Source: SAR202 cluster bacterium
GTDB taxonomy: Bacteria > Chloroflexota > Dehalococcoidia > Lucifugimonadales > VXLM01
Direction: 5' to 3'
DNA: 64,000 nt
Assembly: GCA_022448725.1 (NCBI GenBank)
Contig: JAKUTR010000003.1
Coordinates: 8,353 to 72,352 of the forward strand
A program made the position numbers and the translations under genes. Under the pieces are notes generated by a model, which saw only the letters and a list, made by a program, of their open reading frames with translations, did not search any database and was not told the origin of the DNA. This document shows positions 29,069 to 38,185 of this stretch, piece after piece. Position 1 is the first letter of the stretch. Each line of letters begins with the position of its first letter.

Positions 29069-29458
29069 TCAAGGGGTAGGGTAGCTAAGGGCGGGTCGAT
29101 TGGAGATGAGGAATTTATTACCCTCTGGGTCTTGTCCTTGACATTGCTGAAAATCACCTACATCTTCGGTCTCCCCCATAGGTGCTCCACGTGAGAGTAA
29201 TTCTGCCCTCGTCGCGACCACGTCTTCAGCATAGAAAACTATGGAGTTATAGGTTGAAGGCACACCATCAACCTGAGTCGCGACCTGGAGAGCAATTCGG
29301 CAAGGCCCAGTATTGAACTCAACCCACTCCAAAGGTGCAACCTTTGGGTCAAAAATAGGCTTCAGTTGTAGCACATCGCGGTAGAACTCGGAGACCTGAA
29401 CAATGTTCTGCACAACCAGAACAATCCGACTCATAGTACTTATACTACGCTCATCCAT
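29069..29458 (-). CDS. VOC (glyoxalase/bleomycin resistance/dioxygenase) family protein
   Basis: 129 aa with a single betaalphabetabetabeta-pair pattern (VVQNIVQVSEFYRDVLQLKP...DPEGNKF). Confidence 0.65.
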   Translation of the reverse strand: MDERSISTMSRIVLVVQNIVQVSEFYRDVLQLKPIFDPKVAPLEWVEFNTGPCRIALQVATQVDGVPSTYNSIVFYAEDVVATRAELLSRGAPMGETEDVGDFQQCQGQDPEGNKFLISNRPALSYPTP

Positions 29459-29522
29459 GATTACCTCGGAGGATTCATATTAATCGCTATTCTATCGTGT
29501 CCCGCTGATATACTTCATAACT

Positions 29523-30089
29523 ATGAAGATCTACACACGAAAAGGAGATGATGGATCAACGGAGCTTCTCTTTGGGGGTAAAGTCCTTAAAAGTGAGTCC
29601 CGTACCGAGGCATATGGCGCCGTAGACACCGCGATAGCGGCTGTGGGATTCGCTCGCGCAACCAGCCAAGAAACCCTAACGAAAGAGATGCTTTTAAGGG
29701 TACAACACGACTTGTTCACCGTCGCTACAGAATTAGCTGCCGCTCCTAATATGTACGATCAACTGCTTGAGCACTTCTCTCCAGTCACCGCTGAAATGGT
29801 TGCGAGGCTGGAGACATGGATCGATGACACTTTAACCGAAGTTGACCTACCCTCTTCGTTTATCGTGCCAGGTGCGTCTGCAGGGTCCGCCGCTATCGAC
29901 CTTGCACGAACTATGGTCCGTGACGCAGAAAGACGTGTTGTGGCCCTAGACAAGGTTGAACCTCTAACAAATAAGGAACTCCTACGGTACGTGAACCGGC
30001 TGTCTGACCTACTATTCGCACTGGCCCGGTTGGAGGACAAGGATCTCCCTAACGAGATCACCACGGGCAAGATGCGGCGTGACGCATAA
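29523..30089 (+). CDS. ATP:cob(I)alamin adenosyltransferase, PduO type
   Basis: N-terminal KIYTRKGDDGST signature and a helical-bundle remainder typical of PduO/MMAB-type enzymes. Confidence 0.9.
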   Translation: MKIYTRKGDDGSTELLFGGKVLKSESRTEAYGAVDTAIAAVGFARATSQETLTKEMLLRVQHDLFTVATELAAAPNMYDQLLEHFSPVTAEMVARLETWIDDTLTEVDLPSSFIVPGASAGSAAIDLARTMVRDAERRVVALDKVEPLTNKELLRYVNRLSDLLFALARLEDKDLPNEITTGKMRRDA

Positions 30090-30099
30090 GGTAAATGTT

Positions 30100-30723
30100 A
30101 TGTCTGGCCCTACTATAGCAATCGTTGACTACCAGGCCGGCAATCTTCGGAGCGTCCAAAAAGCTTTGGAACATATGGGTGCAAACACCATCGTCACCAG
30201 CGATAAAAGTGAGATCGCTACAGCACACGGACTCGTCTTCCCCGGCCAAGGCGCTAACGATCCTTCAATGTGTGCACTGCGTGACCGATCACTCATTACA
30301 CCAATCAAAGAATTCATATCTTCAGGGCGACCATTCATGGGCGTGTGCCTGGGACTACAGCTTCTTCTGGATGACTCTGAGGAGGGGGTTGAGCCAGGCT
30401 TGGGGGTAATTGCTGGACGTGTTCGCCGACTACCACAAGGGGTAAAGGTGCCGCATATGGGATGGAATAAAGTTCATTTCCAATCCAGCCACCCAGTACT
30501 AAAGGGAATAAGTAATGACTCCTATTTCTACTTTGTCCACAGCTACTACGCTGATCCAATAGACGAAGACTGTATTGCCGGTACCTCAACTTACGGTATT
30601 AAGTTTTGTAGTGCTGCAGCTGGCGAAAGTTGGATCGCATTCCAGTTCCACCCAGAAAAAAGTGGGAGCGTCGGATTACAACTCTACAGAAATTTCGTAA
30701 GGTTTGTAGATCAGACTAGCTAG
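30100..30723 (+). CDS. hisH: Imidazole glycerol phosphate synthase glutamine amidotransferase subunit HisH (or HisH-like class I GATase)
   Basis: IAIVDYQAGNLRSV, nucleophile GVCLGLQ, FQFHPEKS (His-Glu). Start trimmed to ATG 30100, 11 nt after the upstream stop. Confidence 0.8.
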   Translation: MSGPTIAIVDYQAGNLRSVQKALEHMGANTIVTSDKSEIATAHGLVFPGQGANDPSMCALRDRSLITPIKEFISSGRPFMGVCLGLQLLLDDSEEGVEPGLGVIAGRVRRLPQGVKVPHMGWNKVHFQSSHPVLKGISNDSYFYFVHSYYADPIDEDCIAGTSTYGIKFCSAAAGESWIAFQFHPEKSGSVGLQLYRNFVRFVDQTS

Positions 30724-30819
30724 ACATGTGGTTAGCCTTTATTAACTATCCGTTACCATGCGACGTAAAACCGATGTTAGCATTGCAACGGTAATCTCAA
30801 TCCAGGGAGTCCTAGTTTA

Positions 30820-31710
30820 ATGTCAAAACCATTCACCCTAGCGATCTTGCCCGACACACAGATTTACTCTGAATCCTTCCCCCACATCTTCACAGCTCAA
30901 ACGCAGTGGATAGCAGATAACAAAGATGAACATAACATTGTGTTCACTTTACACGAGGGTGATATCACCAACCGTAATACCGCAGAACAGTGGCAAAATG
31001 CGTCTAACAGTATGGGTGTTTTAGAAGGCGAGGTCCCCTACGCAATCGTGATGGGGAACCATGATATGGGGCCAGATGGTGATTCCTCTGTGCGCGACTC
31101 AATGTTTGACGAATACTTCCCTGTGAGCCGCTATAGTGACTTACCAACGTTCGGGGGCACCTTCCGCAGTGAGTCCCTCGATAACAGCTACCATCTGTTT
31201 GAAGCTGGTGACACCGGATGGCTCATTGTCGCATTAGAATTCATGCCACGTGACTCCGTCATTGAGTGGGCAAATGACGTTACTGCATCGAATGCCGACC
31301 GGAAAGTGATCGTCCTGACTCATAGCCACGTCCACCACAACCAATGCCTGTATGGAAGTGAACCTGGTCCAGCAGGCACTATGGGCATAATCTCGTCCAG
31401 TGAGGGGTGTAATGACGGAATCGACACGTGGAAAAAGTTAATGCGCCGCCACAGCAACATGTCCTTGGTCTTTAACGGGCATTTCATTGGCCAGAGTCGA
31501 ATCACTGGTACAGGCAACGAGGGTAACCTAGTTCACCAAATGTTATCTAACTATCAAGATATGCTAGAGGGGGGACAGGGCTATCTCCGTCTCGTCGAAT
31601 GCGATCCATCAAATCGTACGATTTCCGTGAAAACGTACTCCCCTTACCTCGACACATATATCAATGATGAGAAAAACGAGTTCGTGATCCAGAACGCTGA
31701 CTTAGGTTAA
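30820..31710 (+). CDS. Calcineurin-like metallophosphoesterase
   Basis: Motifs LPDTQ, HEGDITN, GNHD, LTHSH, GH. SD AGGGAG upstream. Confidence 0.75.
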   Translation: MSKPFTLAILPDTQIYSESFPHIFTAQTQWIADNKDEHNIVFTLHEGDITNRNTAEQWQNASNSMGVLEGEVPYAIVMGNHDMGPDGDSSVRDSMFDEYFPVSRYSDLPTFGGTFRSESLDNSYHLFEAGDTGWLIVALEFMPRDSVIEWANDVTASNADRKVIVLTHSHVHHNQCLYGSEPGPAGTMGIISSSEGCNDGIDTWKKLMRRHSNMSLVFNGHFIGQSRITGTGNEGNLVHQMLSNYQDMLEGGQGYLRLVECDPSNRTISVKTYSPYLDTYINDEKNEFVIQNADLG

Positions 31711-31760
31711 GTTCGATACATCTCAGGCGGAATCTAAACAACTGATCTGGCATTGAAGAG

Positions 31761-31791
31761 GTACGGGGTTCGAGTCCCCGCAGCTCCACCA
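31761..31791 (+). pseudogene. Orphan 3'-terminal fragment of a tmRNA (or tRNA-Ala-like) gene: T-arm + 3' acceptor strand + ACCA
   Basis: CGGGG-TTCGAGT-CCCCG (31764-31780), then CAGCTCC-A-CCA (31781-31791). No complementary 5' acceptor strand (GGGGCTG/GGAGCTG), D-arm or anticodon arm occurs in the preceding 100 nt, which belong to the 3' end of a CDS. Confidence 0.55.
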
Positions 31792-31898
31792 ACTTTCTTT
31801 TCTAGGTACAAATTCTAGACTTGTTTCTTCTTCTCTCTCAGTTACCCCACCGGTAGTATTCACGACACTGTGTGCTTCCTCATAGTACCCTGTCTGAC

Positions 31899-32741
31899 AT
31901 GTCAGCCAAGATAATTAAAATCAGATCAGAGACCGACGATATTCAACATGCGAAGGCTCTAAGTAGGAACAGGTCAAAGCGGCAGGAGCACCGTATATTC
32001 TTCGTCGAAGGAGTCCAGACAATCAAGGAAGCCTTGGGGCATGGTTGGAAAGCCAAAGCAATTTACTACGCTGGCGACCAAGAACTATCCAGTTTCGCTC
32101 GCGCAGTTTTGCAACAGTCAAACGCCGACAAACACTTTGAACTACCAACAAGACTATTTCACGACCTCAGGTGGGCGAGCAAGATGGAAAAGCGTTCAGA
32201 GTTGATCGCTCTTTTTAGAATGCCTGAAGATAAACTTAACCGAATCCCGATTCACAAAGACGCATTAATAATGGTCTTTGACAGGCCTGCAAACCACGGA
32301 AACTTAGGCACCGTGATCCGTACATGCGAAGCATTCAAAGTAGACGGGCTCGTCATTACAGGACACGCAGTTGACTTATATGATCCACAAACTATCCGGG
32401 CAAGTATGAGTTCATTATTTTCGTTTCCGATTATCCGACTACCATCTCACAAAGAGCTCTACGAGTGGTTTGGGGAAATCCGGGAAATTCACCCGGAATT
32501 CTGCGTTACAGGGAGTTCGGCGCATGGGGAACAAGACTTACGGACAATGGATCTGACCCGTCCCCGGGTATTAGTGATCGGGAATGAAACAGAAGGACTT
32601 AGTGCTAACTACAAAGCGCTATGCGACGACATCGTACGTATCCCTATTTCGGGCTCAGTGACGTCGCTAAACGTCGGGACCGCTGCTGCAATTATTCTGT
32701 ATCAAGCAGCTGGGCACAGTGCCGGCACCCAAATGGGGTAA
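31899..32741 (+). CDS. TrmH/SpoU-family RNA 2'-O-methyltransferase
   Basis: SPOUT motifs (NHGNLGTVIRT, LVIGNETEGLS, IPISGSVTSLNVGTAAAIILY). ATG 31899 is preferred over the track GTG 31872. Confidence 0.8.
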   Translation: MSAKIIKIRSETDDIQHAKALSRNRSKRQEHRIFFVEGVQTIKEALGHGWKAKAIYYAGDQELSSFARAVLQQSNADKHFELPTRLFHDLRWASKMEKRSELIALFRMPEDKLNRIPIHKDALIMVFDRPANHGNLGTVIRTCEAFKVDGLVITGHAVDLYDPQTIRASMSSLFSFPIIRLPSHKELYEWFGEIREIHPEFCVTGSSAHGEQDLRTMDLTRPRVLVIGNETEGLSANYKALCDDIVRIPISGSVTSLNVGTAAAIILYQAAGHSAGTQMG

Positions 32742-32765
32742 TTAAACCGACCGCGATTAATACCT

Positions 32766-33854
32766 CTAATTTACGATGGGCTCCACGATCAAATCATCCC
32801 AGGTCTGTCCACGATCACTTGATCTAGAGAATTCCGCTCCACCTGTCCCGGTAAATAACGTCCCGTCAATTTCGAATGTGGGCGATATCGCCATGCTCCG
32901 ATACCCTCGCGTCTCTTGGTCAATCTTCTCCCAGTTATCACCTGCATCGCGTGACATAAACGCCGTCCCGCTCAGGGTACTAAGATAGACCGTGGCGTCT
33001 CCACGGAATGTCGTTGATACCACAATGCCCGTTATACGGATACTGGTCAGACCTTCGATAATTAGTTCCCAAAAGTTACCTCCATTGGTGGTACGAAAAA
33101 TTCCATCTTGTGGGGTACCAATAAACACAGTCTGATCGCGTGAATAGTCCGGAGAAAACGTAATAGTGCTCACAAAATTTGCGTACAGTCCTCTCGTTAT
33201 CTCCTCCCAGGTATCTCCTCCATCCACTGATCGAAAAATTCCATTGCGCCCCGTACCCGCAAAAATTGTACGGTCGTTTGTGAATTGTGGAGACACGCCG
33301 ATCGCTATAACATTACTACTAGGCAGACCTATTTGGTTCCAGGACTCCCCGGCGTCAGTAGATCGAAAAATCCCACGAAAACGAGTCCCGACAAAGAGAG
33401 TTTGATCCGTTCCAAAATCGGGAGAAATCGCTATCCCTGCAACACTCCTTCTCTCAATGCCATCATTAACTGGCGTCCAAGAGTCTCCAGAATCGGTTGA
33501 TCTAAATACCCCCTTGCGCGCTGTTGTTACGAAAGCAGTCCTATCCTGAGAGAATACAGGTGAAACTGCGATCTGCTTTACATCGCCGTCAGTTAACCCT
33601 TCGTTGACCCGCTCGAGAGTAGCTCCTGCATCCCGTGAGCGGAATATGCCTCCAGGGTCCGTAATTACGAAAACTGTGCTGTCGTTGCTGAAATCAGAAG
33701 ATATTCCAAAACCAACGACTTGGTCGGGGGCGGAATCAATAACGATTGGAGTAGGAGTAGGCTCATCACTGGAGCCACATGCAACCGCCAGGTAACATAG
33801 AATTGCCGAAAATGAAAGTAAGATTCGTGACACTTCCAACCACCTCAGGTTCAT
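32766..33854 (-). CDS. BNR/Asp-box repeat beta-propeller lipoprotein (Ycf48/sortilin-type repeats)
   Basis: Lipobox LAVAC. Seven repeats of the type GIFRS.D.G.SW spaced about 44 aa apart. Confidence 0.7.
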   Translation of the reverse strand: MNLRWLEVSRILLSFSAILCYLAVACGSSDEPTPTPIVIDSAPDQVVGFGISSDFSNDSTVFVITDPGGIFRSRDAGATLERVNEGLTDGDVKQIAVSPVFSQDRTAFVTTARKGVFRSTDSGDSWTPVNDGIERRSVAGIAISPDFGTDQTLFVGTRFRGIFRSTDAGESWNQIGLPSSNVIAIGVSPQFTNDRTIFAGTGRNGIFRSVDGGDTWEEITRGLYANFVSTITFSPDYSRDQTVFIGTPQDGIFRTTNGGNFWELIIEGLTSIRITGIVVSTTFRGDATVYLSTLSGTAFMSRDAGDNWEKIDQETRGYRSMAISPTFEIDGTLFTGTGGAEFSRSSDRGQTWDDLIVEPIVN

Positions 33855-33906
33855 CAAGATTCACAGAAAATTCCGTAACCAATAGTGAATTCTCTAAATA
33901 CTAGGT

Positions 33907-34215
33907 TCATGCTGGCTCAATCGTGACACCGAGCTTAAAGGAAGCGAGGCGGTCCCGATACAATTCCGCGTGCTCAAGTGGGCACGTTACTACTATCGCT
34001 CGACCAGAGCTATGAGCTTCTAGGGTTATGGAAACCGCTTGGTCTCGGTTTAATCGCTCAACACTCTTGAGCAAAGCGTCGACAACAAACTCGACAGAGT
34101 GCACGTCATCGTTATGTAAAATAACGGAATAAGGCGTGATGGCTTTCTGCAGGCGGCGTGCTAGCTCATCGGTCTCAGGGGGAGTATCCGTGGTAGCTAC
34201 GACCAGCACAGTCAT
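33907..34215 (-). CDS. clpS: ATP-dependent Clp protease adaptor ClpS
   Basis: 102 aa with the ClpS core (YSVILHNDDVHSVEFVVDALLKSV...AVSITLEAHSSGRAIV). Its ATG overlaps the upstream stop (TAATG). Confidence 0.85.
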   Translation of the reverse strand: MTVLVVATTDTPPETDELARRLQKAITPYSVILHNDDVHSVEFVVDALLKSVERLNRDQAVSITLEAHSSGRAIVVTCPLEHAELYRDRLASFKLGVTIEPA

Positions 34216-35123
34216 TATACAGTTAGTGCGCGTCCAAAGCGCGTGGCCTGATCAACGATATCTACTCCAACTGCCTCACCCCAAGCAGTCAAAAGTTGAC
34301 GGGTTACCGGACCTGGTTCTCCATTGCCTATTTGTCGTTTATCGACGTACGTAACTGGGACCATGCACCAAGAGGTACTAGCGAAAAAGCACTCGTCGGC
34401 AGTGAGAATATCATACGGCTGCAAATCCTCAACACGCGTCTCAATATCAAGTCCACGAGCCAAGTCAAGCACGACATCACGTGAGATCCCTCGCAAAGCC
34501 GATTTCGTAGTAGGTGTCCGGAGGCTCCCGCCATCAACAACGAAGACGTTATAAGAAGATCCCTCAGTTATATGACCATTCGCATCTCGCATAATCGGCA
34601 GCGCACCTACATCGAAATTATTAGCTTCTAATTCCGCAAGGTTAAAATTCATACGGCTGTAGTGCTTAACCTTCGGGTCAAGTGCATCGGGTGGATACGC
34701 TTGAGTTTTCGTGATTACACCTCTCAACCCATTGTATGCTTCATAGAACCCAGGAAAATCCAGGCCTGAAACGCGTATCCCAACGTTGGGATCGGCAGCA
34801 GCCCAAGCTCGGCGCCCCTTACCTCGAGTAACGAAGTGATGGATGTGGAGGTCACCAACTTCACTAAGCAGGTGAGCGTTACGTTCAACCGCTTGCTCAG
34901 TCAAGTTAGCCATTTCATCAGCAGTAAGTCCGGGATCCAGTTGGATGTACTGTAACGAGCGATACAGACGCTCGATGTGCCCGTTGAGCCGGAACATCTT
35001 CCCACCAAAAGTACGCGTAGCCTCAAAGGTCGCATCAGCTACAGTAAAACCCCGATCAAGAGGATCAATCCTCATTTGATCAAGTGGAATCCAATCTCCG
35101 TTCCAGTATGCGGTAAAGCTCAT
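34215..35123 (-). CDS. Class IV (fold type IV) PLP aminotransferase (BCAT/D-amino-acid AT/ADC-lyase family)
   Basis: Fold-type IV blocks (DRGFTVADATFEATR, VKHYSRMNFNLA with the Lys, EGSSYNVF, GISR). Confidence 0.8.
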   Translation of the reverse strand: MSFTAYWNGDWIPLDQMRIDPLDRGFTVADATFEATRTFGGKMFRLNGHIERLYRSLQYIQLDPGLTADEMANLTEQAVERNAHLLSEVGDLHIHHFVTRGKGRRAWAAADPNVGIRVSGLDFPGFYEAYNGLRGVITKTQAYPPDALDPKVKHYSRMNFNLAELEANNFDVGALPIMRDANGHITEGSSYNVFVVDGGSLRTPTTKSALRGISRDVVLDLARGLDIETRVEDLQPYDILTADECFFASTSWCMVPVTYVDKRQIGNGEPGPVTRQLLTAWGEAVGVDIVDQATRFGRALTV

Positions 35124-35297
35124 TGCACCTTACCAACAATCAAGAGGTCTATTAGTAGCAGGGACCACAAACTTATGATAATGCACTCGTACGTCCGTCC
35201 TAGGTGTTTCATAGCCTAAGCGCAGGAGTGTATAGGCACTACCGCGATAAGGATAATGGATCATAGCTATCACCACGAAATCGTGTCAAGTACACTA

Positions 35298-36218
35298 TCA
35301 GTCTTCGTCTAGCTTCTTACCAGCCTCCCTCAAAAAGGTCTCCATACCTTCTGGCAGTGAGACTCCGTTTGAGAGATCAGCAGGCATTTCTACGCTGTCA
35401 TAGGATTGCTCCATCTGTGCAACCCGAGCTCTAATCTGCGGGTTCTCCTGAACAGCCTGTGCTATCTGTTCGTACTGGCCCCTACCTCGAGTAGTGTCCG
35501 ACAAGTGCTGTGGAAACTCATAAATCGCACATAACGCTGTCATGATCCGTGCTACAGCAAGATAGTCTTCTTCCAACTGGACGTAATGAGGGACATGTAC
35601 CATTATGCTTGAGTTCTCAATGCCTGCATCACTTAGGTTATCTCCCACTAGCTGTAAAATACTGGTGGGACCCTGATAGGTGTTCGAGCGTGGGGAGATA
35701 ATCCCTGTAAGCTTATCGAGATATTCATCACCAACACTGCCCGTGATCTTGAGGGGCCGGGTGTGCGGAACTTCGTCATACATCCCCCCTATTCGGCAAT
35801 ATTCAGCGGCGTTGAATTGCTTTGCCAGTTCAACAATGGCCGAACAGTACTCTTCGCCATACATATGGGGCTCCCGGATATGTAGGAAGACAAAATCCCG
35901 GCCGGAACTGGGATCGTGCGCGTAGGTTGCGTCACAGTTAGGGATGGAAAGAGTGCGAGACCCATCCTTCGATGTCATTTCTGGCCGATCTCGAGTGAAG
36001 TCCAAAAACTTACCTGGTTCTGAGAGTTTAGCCAACTCTTTTGCTTTAAACTCTCGCTCTAACAATTTCAAGGTAAGAGTCCCTACGGACCCCACGTTTA
36101 CCCAAGGCATGAGCATCGCGATAATAATCGTGTCACTCAGTTCCGGAACCGGCTCTGTAATCTCCCAAGGGCCAAGCCTCATGCCAACTATAGTGTCAGA
36201 CAAAATAGATTTGTTCAA
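35298..36218 (-). CDS. PAC2 (proteasome assembly chaperone 2-like) family protein
   Basis: 306 aa whose pattern resembles bacterial/archaeal PAC2-family proteins (N-terminal ...IIAMLMPWVNVGSVG...). TTG start with SD AAAGGAAC 6 nt upstream. The family call is by recollection. Confidence 0.6.
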   Translation of the reverse strand: MNKSILSDTIVGMRLGPWEITEPVPELSDTIIIAMLMPWVNVGSVGTLTLKLLEREFKAKELAKLSEPGKFLDFTRDRPEMTSKDGSRTLSIPNCDATYAHDPSSGRDFVFLHIREPHMYGEEYCSAIVELAKQFNAAEYCRIGGMYDEVPHTRPLKITGSVGDEYLDKLTGIISPRSNTYQGPTSILQLVGDNLSDAGIENSSIMVHVPHYVQLEEDYLAVARIMTALCAIYEFPQHLSDTTRGRGQYEQIAQAVQENPQIRARVAQMEQSYDSVEMPADLSNGVSLPEGMETFLREAGKKLDED

Positions 36219-36327
36219 GGCCGAGTTCCTTTACCACCGTTGAACACATCATGTAACATGTTAGTAGCTACGAGGCTCTTCACCAGTAGCTACCTTAATC
36301 TCCCATCCCAACTCCTCAGGAGGCTTG

Positions 36328-38172
36328 ATGAATTCACGGTTGATGCGAAATGGCTTCATCTACCTTCTAATAGTTGTTGCTGTTCTCGCGATTTTCTTTA
36401 CCCTGTTTTCTGACGTCGGCGGCTCCCAAGAGATACCCATCGGTACAGCCGTAGAGATGATAAAGAAGGGTGAGGTTGAAATGGTTGAGGTCCGTGGTGA
36501 TCGGATCAGCCTCTATACAACTCGTCAAGAAACTTTCACCTCCCGTATGGAACAGTACGCGGTTTTTGTAGATTTACTACAAAGCTTCGACGTAGATCCT
36601 CAAATGACGGAAATTCACGTGAAAGGAAGTAGCGGTCTTGGTAGCTTCTTTGGCCTGATCTTAAACTTCCTCCCGCTAATCTTCTTCGGTGCAGTATTAC
36701 TGTTCATGATGCGCCAAGCACAAGGAAACACCAACCAGACTTTCAGCTTTGGACGTAGTAAAGCAAGGATGCTCGTCGGTAACCAGCCTAACGTGACATT
36801 CGATGACGTAGCGGGAGCAGAAGAACCCAAAGAAGAACTGCAGGAAGTCGTTGAATTCCTACAATTCCCAGAGCGATTTGAAGCACTCGGCGCACGCGTC
36901 CCCCGTGGAGTACTCCTAGTGGGCCCGCCAGGGACTGGCAAAACCCTTCTGGCACGAGCCGTGGCAGGAGAGGCAGCCGTTCCTTTCTTCTCTATCAGCG
37001 GGTCAGAGTTTGTGGAAATGTTCGTGGGCGTTGGTGCCTCACGTGTTCGCGATCTTTTTGACCAGGCCAAGCGCAATACCCCGTGTATCGTTTTCATTGA
37101 TGAAATTGATGCGGTAGGAAGGCACCGGGGAGCTGGCCTAGGGGGTGGTCATGATGAACGAGAACAAACCCTGAACCAGATTCTTGTCGAGATGGATGGC
37201 TTTGAGACTGGATCAAACGTGATCATCCTAGCATCAACTAACAGGCCTGACATTCTCGACCCAGCCCTGTTAAGGCCAGGTCGTTTCGATAGGCGAGTGA
37301 CGCTTGATAATCCAGATGTCAAAGGCAGAGAAGCTATCCTGAAAGTTCATGTGCAAGGCAAACCCCTCGCCGCAGAGATTGATCTCACAGCAATAGCCAA
37401 GCAGACACCTGGTTTTAGTGGTGCTGATCTGGCCAACCTTGTAAATGAAGCAGCAATTCTCGCCGCGCGTGAGCGGCGAAAAAGTGTAGAACACCAGGAC
37501 TTTGCAGAATCGATTGACCGAGTAATTGCAGGACCTGCTAGGAAGTCCCGCGTAATTAGCGACCGTGACAAGGAAGTCACGGCCTACCACGAAGCAGGCC
37601 ATGCTCTAGTTGGACACTTACTGCCCAGTGCAGAGCCGGTTGCTAAAATCAGTATCGTCTCTAGAGGGCAAATGGGTGGATACACCAAATCCATCCCAGA
37701 CGAAGAAAGCTACTATATGACCCTAAAACAAGCTAGGGCCCGTCTCGCCACTCTGATGGGTGGTCGCGCGGCGGAAGAGACAGTCTTCGGAGAAGAGGAG
37801 ATTACAACAGGTGCAGGTAATGACATCGAGCAAGCAACACAGCTCGCCCGTACTATCATTACCCGCTATGGTATGAGCGAGAAGCTTGGTCCTAGAACAT
37901 TTGGGAAGCGCGAAGAATTAGTATTCCTTGGGCGTGAGATATCAGAGCAAGCAGACTACAGTGACCGTATCGCAGAAGAGATCGATGACGAGGTCCACGG
38001 ACTAATTAACTCTGCATATCAAACGGCAAAGAACCTCGTGGCGGACAATAAGAACAAGCTTAGCCAGATTGCCAAGTACCTAATCGATAACGAGACTGTG
38101 GAGGGTGACGACCTGACGAATTTATTCGACACTCCCCCAACGCCGCTCCCCGAACCTTCAGGAGCAGATTGA
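36328..38172 (+). CDS. ftsH: ATP-dependent zinc metalloprotease FtsH
   Basis: Two N-terminal TM helices, Walker A GPPGTGKT, Walker [13 protein letters not shown], and HEAGHA zinc site. SD AGGAGG lies just upstream. Confidence 0.95.
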   Translation: MNSRLMRNGFIYLLIVVAVLAIFFTLFSDVGGSQEIPIGTAVEMIKKGEVEMVEVRGDRISLYTTRQETFTSRMEQYAVFVDLLQSFDVDPQMTEIHVKGSSGLGSFFGLILNFLPLIFFGAVLLFMMRQAQGNTNQTFSFGRSKARMLVGNQPNVTFDDVAGAEEPKEELQEVVEFLQFPERFEALGARVPRGVLLVGPPGTGKTLLARAVAGEAAVPFFSISGSEFVEMFVGVGASRVRDLFDQAKRNTPCIVFIDEIDAVGRHRGAGLGGGHDEREQTLNQILVEMDGFETGSNVIILASTNRPDILDPALLRPGRFDRRVTLDNPDVKGREAILKVHVQGKPLAAEIDLTAIAKQTPGFSGADLANLVNEAAILAARERRKSVEHQDFAESIDRVIAGPARKSRVISDRDKEVTAYHEAGHALVGHLLPSAEPVAKISIVSRGQMGGYTKSIPDEESYYMTLKQARARLATLMGGRAAEETVFGEEEITTGAGNDIEQATQLARTIITRYGMSEKLGPRTFGKREELVFLGREISEQADYSDRIAEEIDDEVHGLINSAYQTAKNLVADNKNKLSQIAKYLIDNETVEGDDLTNLFDTPPTPLPEPSGAD

Positions 38173-38185
38173 CACTGGCATCGAT

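Noticed and set aside
30750-30791. Imperfect 12-nt inverted repeat (CCGTTACCATGC ... GCATTGCAACGG) after hisH.
   Set aside because: It has two mismatches, an 18-nt loop and no U-tract, which is too weak to call a terminator or operator.
31741-31760. CTGATCTGG, which resembles part of the TPP riboswitch core.
   Set aside because: The rest of the thi-box (CUGAGA, AUAAUGCCAGCG) is absent, and the downstream gene is an RNA methyltransferase.
31792-31898. Possibility that the CCA-ending fragment is the acceptor piece of a circularly permuted two-piece tmRNA.
   Set aside because: A permuted ssrA needs a coding piece starting GGGGCUG downstream. No such sequence or tag-like reading frame occurs before the trmH-family gene.
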